Below are positions 40,281-51,711 of a DNA stretch of 64,000 bases, piece after piece; the stretch's first letter is position 1; each line of letters starts with the position of its first letter. Source of the DNA: Phaeosaccion multiseriatum (lineage: Eukaryota > Protista > Ochrophyta, other classes); the NCBI GenBank assembly GCA_965112735.1, contig OZ218956.1, positions 3,596,001-3,660,000 of the forward strand, in the 5' to 3' direction. The translations under genes were made by a program, and so were the position numbers. The notes below the pieces were generated by a model, which did not search any database, had not been told where the DNA came from, and saw nothing but the letters and a program-made list of their open reading frames with translations.

Positions 40281-41278
40281 CTCTGCGGTGCAGTCTGTAA
40301 TGTACATTCGGGACTGCGATGAGGCAATCGCAGTGGGCAATCGCAGTGGGCAATCGTAGCGGCTCCCTGAACAGGAGAGGGTGTGTCCACACGCAACGCT
40401 CGCACATGCATAGCAGCTGCGGTTGCGCTGCGGTTGGCTCGACAAAGGTTGTACGGTACGATTGAAATCACTATTACTGCTTTGAATGCTTCCTTTGCAA
40501 AGCACGTGCGATATGTAAGTGGTAACTTTCGTAGCATCACTTGGATGAGTGGAGTTGACTGTGATAAACTCAAATTTTAAAATTAATTCAGTCTAAGTCT
40601 TCCCCTCCACTTTGTGATCGTCTTTGCGTTCGACTACACTCACGCAACAATCTACCCACGCCCACCACAGTTCTTTCAATCGTACTGTACTGCTCATATC
40701 AGAGCCGCTTCTGATTCACCCCCCCCTTTTTCTTATTGCTGCAATATTCACTGCAGTCTCGCTACTGTCTCCACTCACACAAGACAGCCACAGAGACAAG
40801 GGGGGCTTACAACTGTACAGTTATACAGTTACCAGCCCCTCTTGACACAGACGGCCCCCGGCGCCCAGTCAGGCAGCACAGGAATCGCTGCAAGTGATCA
40901 TGCACCCACCCTTCCACTCACCCCTCCACCCACCCACCCATCTACTGCCATCCACCCATCTACTGCCACCCGCCCACCATCCACCCACCCCTCTACTCTA
41001 TGGCGCCCGTCTCAAGTGCTCACTCATTCACCCCTCTTGCCCCGCCCCCCCCCCTCTCCGAGCTGTACAGCCTTGCACGGCCTTGCTCGGCCTTGTCATG
41101 TTCCACATTCAGCCAGAGCGGAGGGTGGACACCGCTCCACTCAGACAGGGACACGGTTCCATTTATCGTGTTCGACATCGATGACATCACAGATATCGAT
41201 CCCAAGGAAAGGGCACACCAACCAGACCAACTGAAAACTGAAAACTGAAAAGGCGAGGACAGGCGTTATTGCTTGGCT

Positions 41279-44200
41279 TCAGAGAGAGGTGAGGGAGGGC
41301 CATTTGAGTTGGAACTCCTCCCGCTCCAGCCTATCTGCGTCGCTTGCCGGAGTCCACAGCACCTGTGTGTGGAAGTGCATGAAGGTGAGGGAGGGGGGGG
41401 GTGGGGGTCGAGCGTTGAGTTGCGCAAGCATGCGCACACGCACGCACACACACACACACACACACACCAGCCCCCCACTCACCCACCCACCCACCCATTC
41501 ATCCTCTCACCCATCCATTGACAGATTACCCACCTCCACGGCCTGCAGGTTCTTCCCCTTGCCGGCCTTTGCCTCGTCCGTCAGCCACGCCAAGTAGGCC
41601 TTGAGGTCGGCCTTACTCTGCACGGACGAGGGAGGTAAGGCTTTGGTCTTTCGCCCCAGAGAGCGCGACCCCCAGCGGGACCACAGCACGTACAGTGACA
41701 TTACCGCCACCGTCGGTGCATCCTTCTTGCCTCCTGTGTGTGTGTGTGTGTGTGGGTGGGCGGGTGGGTGTGTTGGCATACGAAAGTGTGAGAGCGGGAG
41801 GGAGGGGGGGGGGGAAGGGGTCCACTTTTTCGTTCTGTCCCTTTCACTGTCTGTGCGTGTGTGTGTGTCCTATACTACGTCGCGACCCTCCCCTGTGGTC
41901 TCGTCTGGCACCCCACCACCACCATGCAGCAGGCCAATGCAGCAGGCCATACCTACCCCCCCCGCTCTCTCTCTCCTGAGCATGCCCGCTCTCCTTACCG
42001 TTTCCACCGCCCGAGGTGACCTTCCCCTGGGCCTCGGACCCTTCGGCAGACAGAGACGTCACGCTCGGCTCCCTCGCCCACTTGCTGCGCTCCTTCTCCA
42101 GCTGAGAGAGAGATGCGAGAGGGAGAGAGGAAGAGAGAGGGAGGGAGAGAGCGAGGGGGGCAGAGATGGAGTGCGAGTGAGAGGAGGCAGAGACCTGTGG
42201 AAAGAGAGAGAGAGAGAAAGGGAGAGAGAGGGAGAGAGAGAGAAAGGGAGAGAGAGGGAGAGAGAGAGAAAGAGAGGGAGAGAAGAGAGAGAGAGAGAAG
42301 AGAGAGAGAGAGGGAGAGAAAAGAGAGAAGAGATAGAGAGGGAGAGGGAGAGAGAGAGAGGAAAAGATTGGGAGCGAGAGAGAGAGAGCCGAGCAAGGAG
42401 GGGGGATAGGGGGGGTGGGGGTGAAGCGTCAAGCCTGCAAGACACAACAACACACACCCACCTTTCGGGTGAAGATCTTGTCCGCCTTCTCCAGCGCTGC
42501 GTCAGAGCCCTTTGCGCTCTGCACGTTGAAGCTCCCCTTGGCCGCGACCCACTCGCCCTCGCGTCTACAGCAGTTGGTGATATATACACGGCGATGGCAC
42601 GGCAGTCGAGCAGTGGTGGGTGGATGAGGCTGGGCATGACACTACAACTCACTCCATCAATAGAGAAAGGGAGGGAAGGGGAGGCGCCGTTCGAAACAAA
42701 ACCCCATACGTAAAGTAAAAGTAGACAGGATTCTCTCTTGCGTCGACCCGTCCCGCTCGTAAGCACCATCCACTGCCATCACCACTCGTAAACACCATCC
42801 ATGACCAAGCATCACCACTCATATCATATGCACCATCCACTGCCATCCATTCACCCCCCTACTCACCCCGTGCCGATTGCGCAGGCGTCTTCGAGAAGCT
42901 TAGAGAGGCCGAGAGGAGAGCTCACATCAGCGCTACCCGCCAGGTCATCCAGCTGCGTCAGGACGGTGGAGGCCTTGTTGCTGGGGGGGAGGGGCAAGGG
43001 GAGGGGAGGAGAGGGAGGCATATGGGTCAAGGTAAGATGGGAGTAAGTGAGGAGGGTGGAGGAGGGCAGAGTGGGAGGAAGGGCGGAGGGAGGCTGGACG
43101 TGAGATCAGCTCGGTATATGGAGTAGAGCGAGCGAGGGAGCGGGAAGAGACGGAGGAAGGAGAGCACAAGCTAAGCTACAGTAGGAGAGAGAGCCTCTGT
43201 CACCTCAACAGCGACGAGTTATCTCTATCACCAATGGCCTTTCCCTAATGGTTTTTCTCTTGTGTCTTATGTGTCTCACCCTTGGCTTGGGTTGCAGGAG
43301 AAGGCGATTTGGACCTCAGACACCGATGCCTTCGCTCCCGCAGCGGAGGAGCCCTGCCCTTTGCCACGAAGCTTTTGGCGCAGCAGCAAGAGTGCCACGC
43401 CCGCCACACCCGCCTAAAGGAGGGGGAGAGGGGGAGGAGACACGAGATACACAGACGAGTAGAGGGGAGAGCAAGTGCACGCACATCCCAAGCCGAGAGA
43501 GAGAGACACAGACACACACAGAGAGCGAAAGAGCGAGAGCGAGAGAGCTAAGGGGAGGAAGTACATGCACACTGCATCCCAATGGGTGGTCGCTATACGC
43601 GTCTCCCTCTGGGCAAGTCCATTCGACCTCGCATCAGCAGAGCACGCCATCCGTCTCGGTTCGTAGGACCTTCCGAAAATCAATCTTACCTCGGCGATCT
43701 TCCCTTCTTTGGTCAGCAGCGGAGAGTCTGGCGACAGCCAGCCCGTAGCCCTGGCCGACAGCCAGGCCTCCTCCATGCTCCACAGCGCATCGTCCACGAG
43801 GGCGGCCGCCTTTCCCTTGGTGCTGGCCGCGACGCTGCTCTTGCTCACCACCACCACCGCCCCGTCGCTCCTTCTGCTGGACCTTCTACTTCTGCTCGCC
43901 ACGTTGCGGACCATCATTTTGGCGGGTTGGTACTGCTGCTGGCCGAGTCCCTCGCTCGGTGGTGTGGACCCCTCCGCCACCGCCGTAAGGGGAGCGGAGG
44001 CCATGGTGACAGTCCACAAAGTGCAAAGGGCCAGCATCACCTTCTGTCCCCTCCGCATCGCCCCCCTCCTCGCCCTCTGGACGCTATTATCAAAAGCGCC
44101 GTCTCCGCTGCCTTTCCCCTCTGTGCGCTGCTGCTGCTGCTCCAAAATGCCCCCACTTCTCCAACCCCTCGACCACCGCAGGGCCTTCGAGGAGCCCTGC

Positions 44201-44520
44201 TGGAGCCTCTTTCCAAGGCGATTACCTCTCCTTTTGGCCGCTGCATCGGCGGAACTATCTGTCACACACCCCCTTTGCTCCCTCGCGCCCAGACTACAAC
44301 TGCCTCTGCTCCTGCTGCTCCAGGCAGCTTGGACGGCCTGTTGGCTGCCGCGCACCCCTGCTGGGCCCGCCCTAGCCGCACTAGACCATCCACTACTCTG
44401 ATGCCGGACGAGACCCTGGTTTGCAACAAGACCGTGCGTGCCAACGAAAAGCAGGAGCAGGCAAGCTCCTGAGGTGCCCAAGCTCCGTCTTGGCACCCCT
44501 CGAAGCGGCCCCATCTTCAT
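41279..44520 (-). CDS. DUF1517/FLAP1-like protein, paralog 2, multi-exon
   Basis: VSEVQIAF, LTQLDDLAGSADVSSPLGLSKLLE, AVMSLYVLWSRWG and NLQAVE|VLWTP...WPSL*. Several intron positions match paralog 1. Confidence 0.8.
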
Positions 44521-45005
44521 GCTCAGCACGGCCCTCCTCCGCGACTCGCTCACTCGGTGCAGCCCTCAGAGCGTGCAATGGGAAGGCTTGGCACAGATCT
44601 CGGAGCAGAGAAGCAGCTAGAGCTACAGGGAAATCGGAAGGGAGCGTGGCTTTCAAAAGGAGCCCGTAAGTCAAGGATTCCTATACTTCGCCATGCCCTT
44701 TTCTCGGCCTTTCTCAGCCCCTTCTCCCTTTCCAATACGGGCCTCAATACGACCTACCATAGCCGTCATCCATGTGAAGAGGAGACGTACCGAGCCTGGT
44801 AGGAGCAGGTGTCCTTGCCTCTTCGCGTGAGAGCTTGAGAACAGCCTTGAACTAAATACAACCCCCGGAGTGGGCCGCGGCGTGAAGGCCTTTGTCTTCT
44901 GCTCCTGCCCCGTTCTCATCGAGTGGGAAAGGGGTACGTAGAGAGAAAGAGCTCCTCGACAGCGCCTCGGCGACCTCGGTGCGATAAGGAAAGAAACAGA
45001 CTGGC

Positions 45006-47342
45006 ATGAACTTGAAGGAGCATGTTTTGGAGGAGCTGGTGAGTCCTCTTTTTCCGCATTGAGGGCGGCTTTCTCTGCCCCTCTGTAGGCTACGTGTGCT
45101 GCTGCTCCCCCTCCCCCCTGCATGTCCAAAGGAGTCTCTGCTGCCCTGCTCACTCGCTAGCCCACTGTTCTTCCGACGGCGTCGCTGGATCGAGTTGGAA
45201 GAACCCACTCTTGACCCCCCTCCCCATCTGCCTACTCTCACCCATTCCAACGTACTTCTCTTCACCCCTGGCCTTCCTTCCCACGCGAACAGGAGCTGCA
45301 AGAGTTTCAAGTGAGGGAGGTGCTCCAGTGCCTGCTGCACACCATTCTCTTCGTCAGGGCGCCAGGACCTGTGCAACCAAGAGAGGTAAGGGGAGAGAGG
45401 GTAGAGAGAAGAGAGGGATGGAGAAAGAGAGAGAAGGAAAGAGGATGTGGAGGCTCCGACGTGCCACTGAGGACTTCAAACCCCTTGCAATAAATCCCCG
45501 CACTCCGTCCTATGGCATGCTCCTCCTCCACCACTCACTCCCCCCCTCCTCCGGACACCACCGCCCCTACAGATGCACTGCACGCACCTCAACATGACGT
45601 ACGCATGCTGCGGGGTGCTGGATGTGGAGGGCACGGTGGACTCGGCCATAGAGGGTTTCTGGAACAGTCTAACTCCGGCGGGTACGACAGGGAGAGAGTG
45701 CGGGGAGGGGAGGGAGGGAGGGGAGGAAGGAAGGAGGGAGGGGGGAAAGGGAGGGAGGGTACTTCCATTCGGGCATCTCCGGCAGCTCGAACGCCTTGGG
45801 GCGGGGGGGGGCGGGAGGGGAGGGGGCAGAAGGCTCAGAGAGAGCGAAGAGTCTGACACTGACACTGATATTGACACTCGCTGGTCCTGTGCGCTCCCTC
45901 CCTCTCTCCTTCCCTCCCTCCCTCCCTCCCTCCCTCCTGCCCTGGTGTGCTGTTTGTGGACAGGGCCAGACCTGTCGAAGGGGCAACTCACGCTGAGCTT
46001 CTTCGAGAGGAGAGTCAAGAAGAGCCTCTTCGGCATGATGAGCAACGAAGAGAAGGTGTGTGCGTGTGTGTGTGTGCGTGCGTGTGTGTGCGTATGTGCC
46101 GATGGATGCGTGTGGCCTCGTCCGAATGTCTGTCTGCCGTGGCATTGGTAGATGGTTGTCTATGGCTTTGATGGATGAGTGCAAGTCCCCAATTGCACCG
46201 TGGTACCAAGCACACCCGCTCCTCACGCATCCCTCCCTCCCTCCCGTATGTGTGTATCATGTGTGTGTTTGTGTGTCTGTGTCGCATTTGCGCATGTTGG
46301 TTGTTCACTGTCCACTCGCGCGCCTCCGGTCACAGGTGGCGTGGGAGCAGTGGGTCATACCTGTGCTCGTGAACAACGCCCCTCGCTCCACAGACGACGA
46401 CCAAGCTTCAGGTGCGGATGCATAGGGCATGTGTAGGCATACTGGGAGTAGGCAACACGACGGAGACGGGGGGGAGCAAGGCAGGCAGACACGAGGAACG
46501 AGGGAGTCAGTTGGCTCTTGCTCCAAGGGAGTCAGTCAGTCAGCTCTTTTTCCACCGCTGTGGGCAATGTGGGCGAGGTCAAGCAAAGCTGAGTCAAGCA
46601 AAGCTGAGTCAAGCAAAGCTGAGTCAAGCAAAGCTGAGTCAAGCGCCTTCACAGGCCTCACAGGACCCTCCCCGCTCCTCCCCTCCCACCCTCTCTCCCC
46701 TCCCCTCCCACCCCGCCTCTCCTCTGCTCCCCTCCCTTCCCCCCTCCCCCATCGCAGTCATCGCCCAGCAGCGCATGCAGCAGCACGCCGAGGCGGTTCT
46801 GAAGTCAAGGATGATAACGGTCTTCAACTTCGCCAACGGCCCCAGCGAACACATTCCGCCCGTTATGTACGAGTATGAGGTGCGTGTGTGGGTGTGTGCG
46901 TGCGTGCGTGCGTGTGTGTGTGTGTGTGTGGGTGCATGTGTGTGTACTGTGAGTGTGTGCGTGTGTGCGTGCGTGCATGGCCCACGTGAAAGAATGACGC
47001 ACACCGCACTTCGGGCCATCGGAAGTTGAGGCACTGTACTGCCTCCTTACACGAACAAGTAGAGTGTAGAGCGCAGGTGCCCTGCTCCTCTTGTACCCAC
47101 CCCCCCTCATAGGTTCTGCATGCCTGTCCATCTGCATTCCTCGCTCGCTCGTGTGTGTGTATCTCCCTCCCTCCCTCTCTCTCTCTTTGTGTTTTGTGTA
47201 TCTCTTTCTTTCTCTGTGTATGTATATGTGTGTGTCCCCCCCCCCCCCCCCCCTTCAGATTTTGTGTGCGCACCACGGCGAGCGGCGAGAGTCCTTCTCT
47301 CGAAGGATGATGCAGACCACCCCGGCGCCGCTCACACTATAG
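45006..47342 (+). CDS. ATG101: Autophagy-related protein 101, ~7 exons
   Basis: MNLKEHVLEEL|ELQEFQVREVLQCLLHTILFVRA..LSFFERR..|VAWEQWVI..HIPP motifs with GT-AG introns. Confidence 0.88.
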
Positions 47343-48031
47343 ACTGACTGACTGACCGACCGACCGACCGACCGACTGACCCACCGACGGGGGCAGGATG
47401 GCTCAGCGCCTTCAAAGGGCTTGTACTTTCGAGGCAGAGCAGGGCAGACTGGGGAGGGGTCAGAGGAGGGGAGGAGGGAGGGAGAGCAAGGCAGCATTGG
47501 AGAAGGGGAAGGTGAGGTCCCCGCGTCGGGATGTGTCGGGATGTGTCGAATTGTGACACGCGAGCGGGGCGCGAAGGGCTTACGTTACTCTCCGAGAGGC
47601 AGGGGCAGGCAGGGGAGGAGGGGCATGCCTTGCGCCATAGCGCCATAGCTACAGTTAGCGCGCTACTAGGGTGATAGGGTGTGTCGCAATGTACATAAAG
47701 GACGTGTCAGTGTACATAAAACATGAAATATCTATAATCTTACCAGATCCCAGCCAAGGTAGGAGCGTTACTTGATGCCATGGTACCCTCATCGGCCCCC
47801 TGGAGGCGGTCGAATAAGTCAAGGAAAAAGTCGAGCAATGCGAAAAATTGATAAATCCCTCTCCTCTCTCATCCTTTCTCTCTCTCCTCTATACCCTCTT
47901 TCATTCTAAGCTCACCTTGCTCGGTACCATACTCATCTTGATCAGAGCTACTGTTCAGGAGTTCAGGCGGTGGCGAAGGAGCAGCATGAGCTCCACGGGA
48001 GAGGAAAAATGAGAGACCGTGTGGGGTAGGG

Positions 48032-48679
48032 ATGGCACAAACACAGGATGCAGCAGCGTCAGCCCCCGCGGTAGAGCAGCAGGGCCAGAAGCCGGACGAG
48101 CAGCCGGACTCGCAGCGTGGGAAGCAGCAGCAGGAGAAGGTCGCCGACAAGGAGGGCAATAAGAAGGAGATACTCGAGAAAGAGAAGGAGGAGCGAGCAG
48201 AGCGCAAGCGCCTGGAAGCAGAGCTGCGGCGCCTGGCGGAGAAGCGCAAGGCCGCGCACAACGATCTGGTGGAGACTGAGACGAAGATCTACAAGCTGGA
48301 GACCAGCTACCTGGACGAGACGCGGCTGTACGGCAATGTCATTCGCGGGTGGGATGAGTACTTGTCCAACAGAGGCATGCAGGCCCTGGCAGCAAGCGCG
48401 GAGGGGAGCAGGCGACGCGCCGCCACCAGGGTTGACGGCGGAGAGCGCTTGTTTAGCCTGAGCAGTTCCACGAGCCCGGCTACCAAGGCGCTGGAGCAGC
48501 ACAGCGGGGGGCGCAAGAGGGACAGCACGGGGGTCGTGAAGGGGGAGGCCGGGTCAGCCCAGCAGGAGGGCGGCGGCAAGTTGAAGGAGGACAAGCCTTC
48601 CTCCACCACCACCCCCAGTGGCAGCGGCGGTAGCAGTAGCAGGGCGGTCAGCAGCGAGAGCAAGAGGCGGCGGCGCTGA
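48032..48679 (+). CDS. EAF6: Chromatin modification protein Eaf6/MEAF6 (NuA4 subunit)
   Basis: L.ETETKIYKLETSYLDET..YGNVIRGWDEYL...ERLFSLSS.TS is the Eaf6 signature. Confidence 0.92.
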   Translation: MAQTQDAAASAPAVEQQGQKPDEQPDSQRGKQQQEKVADKEGNKKEILEKEKEERAERKRLEAELRRLAEKRKAAHNDLVETETKIYKLETSYLDETRLYGNVIRGWDEYLSNRGMQALAASAEGSRRRAATRVDGGERLFSLSSSTSPATKALEQHSGGRKRDSTGVVKGEAGSAQQEGGGKLKEDKPSSTTTPSGSGGSSSRAVSSESKRRRR

Positions 48680-48983
48680 TGGGACTCTGACAGCAGCAGC
48701 AGTTGGTGGTACAGCACGGCGAGCGAGGGCTGTCACTGCACGCACCCTCGGAGGTCGGAGTAGGAAGTGGTGACGTGAGCGGCACACTCGCAATGGCTGC
48801 ACAGAGATGGCCGCTGCTTCGCTCTTGTCTTGATTGTCTGTCCTTTGCCTTCACTTTTGCAGTAAATGGTACCCTCCCATGGAAGAAATAATACACCCTT
48901 TAGAGCATTTCCTTCCTTCAGTCTGCGCGCGTCCTAGTGATAGTAGGAGCGGGAAGGAAGGATCAAAGGAGCCTCCCCCTTCT

Positions 48984-49019
48984 TCTCAAAGCCTTTCTTT
49001 GAGTCAGTGGTGCTGTGGG
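48984..49019 (+). repeat. 36-bp direct repeat copy 1 (copy 2 at 56528-56563), with internal CTCAAA/TTTGAG hairpin
   Basis: tctcaaagccttt[c/a]tttgagtcagtggtgctgtggg, 35/36 identical between copies. Confidence 0.9.
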
Positions 49020-49581
49020 AGGGGGGGTTGATCGGGTTGGTGCACCAACTCTTTTTTTTTTGTTTTTTTTTTTTTCCAACTTTTCTTCAATCACCTCTCA
49101 GCACCCCCTCCGCAGTCAATACCACGGTCCCCAAGCCGGAAGGGATAAAGAAAAGGAAGGGAAAGACTCATCCCCGACACGGGGACAATTGTTCTTGGCT
49201 GGGGAAGGCCTTTATATTATTTTGTTCAGCGGAGCGGAGGGGCCGGCCGGAGAACTGCCTACGCCGCCTCCCAGCAGTGCGGAAGGCACCACTAGAGCTT
49301 GAGTCGCCAGTATGAGCAGCACTACAAGTCAAGCGGAACGAGGAGGCAGGCGCGCAGCAGGAGGAATGGCTCGCCCCCTTTCCTAGGCCTAGTAGGAGGT
49401 GTTGGCTGGGAGGGGAGCGCTGCCCCCAGCATCTCCAGCACCGCCGGCGGAGCCGCAGCAGCAGCTAGACCAACAGCAGGAGCAGCAGCAAGGCCAACAG
49501 GAGGAGGAGGAGGGGGGGGGGGGGGGAGGGTTACGACGACGTGCGGCTGCCGTGTAATGCTCAAGGGCGGCTCCTCTTCAA

Positions 49582-50217
49582 GTCAAGAACGTGGATAACA
49601 CATGCAGGGACGAGCCGCCTTTGAGCATCACGCCTCAGCCGCACGTCGTCGTAACCCCATGATGAGCGCGGAGACGACCACGGATGGCCCACACGAGGAG
49701 CGGAAGGGACCATGTTGCACGAGATGGCTGAGGTCATGGCCTCGGCGGTTAAGAAGCTTCGTTCCGCCCCCCCTGCGATGAGCGTTGTTGTTGGTGAAGC
49801 GGACGACGAGGCGGCGAAGCTGGGGACGTTCCTGGACCTGCTGAGGGGCGGAAAGTTCCAACTGGGACATCATGAAGACGCCTATGAAATGCTCAATTTC
49901 ATCCTGGAGCACCTCGAACATCATCACCCTGACCTGAAATCGCTGCTCCGGTGGAACTTCGGGTGCAGCATGCAAGTGAAATTCTCCCAAAAGTGCAGTT
50001 CTCCTTCCTGCTGGCCTGGTGGTGGCTCCTCGAGCCACACAGCAGCCGCTGAGGACCTCACGGGGCCTCTGGCACTCCCGACTTGTGAGGTGAGTGTTTA
50101 GCTACATGTCAACCAGCCCACTCCCAACTCCCTCACACGCACACGCAAATACTAGATCCGCCTCGCTTATGCATGCCGTCAAGCATGGCTGTAGCTAATT
50201 GCCTGTTCCACCCTCAC

Positions 50218-50274
<57 letters not shown>

Positions 50275-51678
50275 GGCGAAGAGCATTGATGGGCATGTTC
50301 CTACGCGGAGAGGCGTCGCGAGAGGGCGTGGAGTGCGACGAGTGCCGTGGAAGGGGTCCCGAGACTGAGACGGAAGCAAGGATTCATTTCGTCGGTCCCC
50401 CCGTTCATTTGCTCATTAGTGGTATCTGTACCGTCGTCGAACCAAGGCTTGAAGCCTCCGACGAGGTCGCCACTGCTGGCCAGGAGGGGGAGCGATTGAC
50501 TCGCAGCATCTCTCACAGTCATCAGCAGAACGGAAGAGCAGCGGTGGAAGGACGCGGGCAAGCGAGCCTCCATCCGTCTTTTCCCTTTGGGGCGAAGGAC
50601 TTAGCCGGCGCGCAGCGGACTCTCAACGGAGCTCATGACATGGGGAAGAGGATGACGGGGGGTCCTGCTTCACATGATGCGGAGGAGGAGGAGGAGGAGG
50701 AGGAGGAGAAGGAGGAGAAGGAGGAGGAGGAGGAGGAGGAGGAGGAGGAGGAGGAGGAGGAGGAGGAGGAGGAGGAGGAGGAGGAGAAGGAGGAGGAGGA
50801 GAAGAAGAAGAAGAAGAAAAAGAAGAAGAAGAAGAAGAAGGCCATAGAAAGGAAAGCACGGGCTGAGGGCACCGCACGAATGCTGATGGGCAATATAAAG
50901 CCACATGCGCAGGTCCAGAAGGAGCGGGTGGTCAAGAATGAGAAGCTTGGCCGCCCAGCGTGGGAGAGCAGAGTGCGTGTGTAGGACGACGACGCCTTCT
51001 TTAGGAGGATGCTGGCCCCGCTCTTCGCCCACGACAAGGAGTTTATGGGCCGAGAGGACAAAGCGGTGGGGGAGTTGAAGGAGCTTCTCGAGTCCGCATC
51101 CGAGGAGGACATCCCATGGGTAACACTTTTCGGATCAGCGTCGGCGAAGGGGCCAGGGAAGAAGGAGGAGAAGTTCCACCGCGACTTTGCCGGGAAGTTG
51201 TACGCCCCCGCTCATCTCGGGACGGTACCAGCGCTGCAAGCTGGTAAGTCTCCAGTACAGAAGGGGTCAAAACCACAACTTGCAGCGCCTTGCAGCTGAG
51301 CTACAGCTGTGTGTGTGTGTGTGAGTGAGTGAGTGAGAGTGAGTGAGTGAGAGTGAGTGAGTGCGTGCGTGCGTAAGTGAGTGAGCGCGTGCGTGCGTGA
51401 GTGAGCGAGGGAGTGAGTTTGTGTGTGAGTGTTGGCGTGCGTGAGTGAGTGCGTGCGTGCGTGAGGGAGTGAGGTAGTGAGTTTCTGTGTGAGTCAGTGG
51501 ATGAGTGAGTGAGAGTGCGTGCGTGAGTGCGTGAGTGCGTTAGTGCGTGCGTGAGTGAGCGAGGGAGTGAGTTTGTGTGTGAGTGCGTGCGTGAGTGAGT
51601 GAGGGGTTCTTTCCTTGCTCCTCCAAAAGCTCATTGTCTGTCTTCCCTTCTTGTCTCCATCCCGACCCATCTGTCCCG

Positions 51679-51711
<33 letters not shown>

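Noticed and set aside
39623-40359. Repetitive ORFs (SATIHQ, ADGWW, STPQHSSALL)
   Set aside because: They are translations of the 21-bp and 10-bp satellites, open in many frames, with no coding evidence.
46578-46645. 15-bp repeat gtcaagcaaagctga x4 as a possible CRISPR-like array
   Set aside because: Head-to-tail with no spacers, inside an ATG101 intron.
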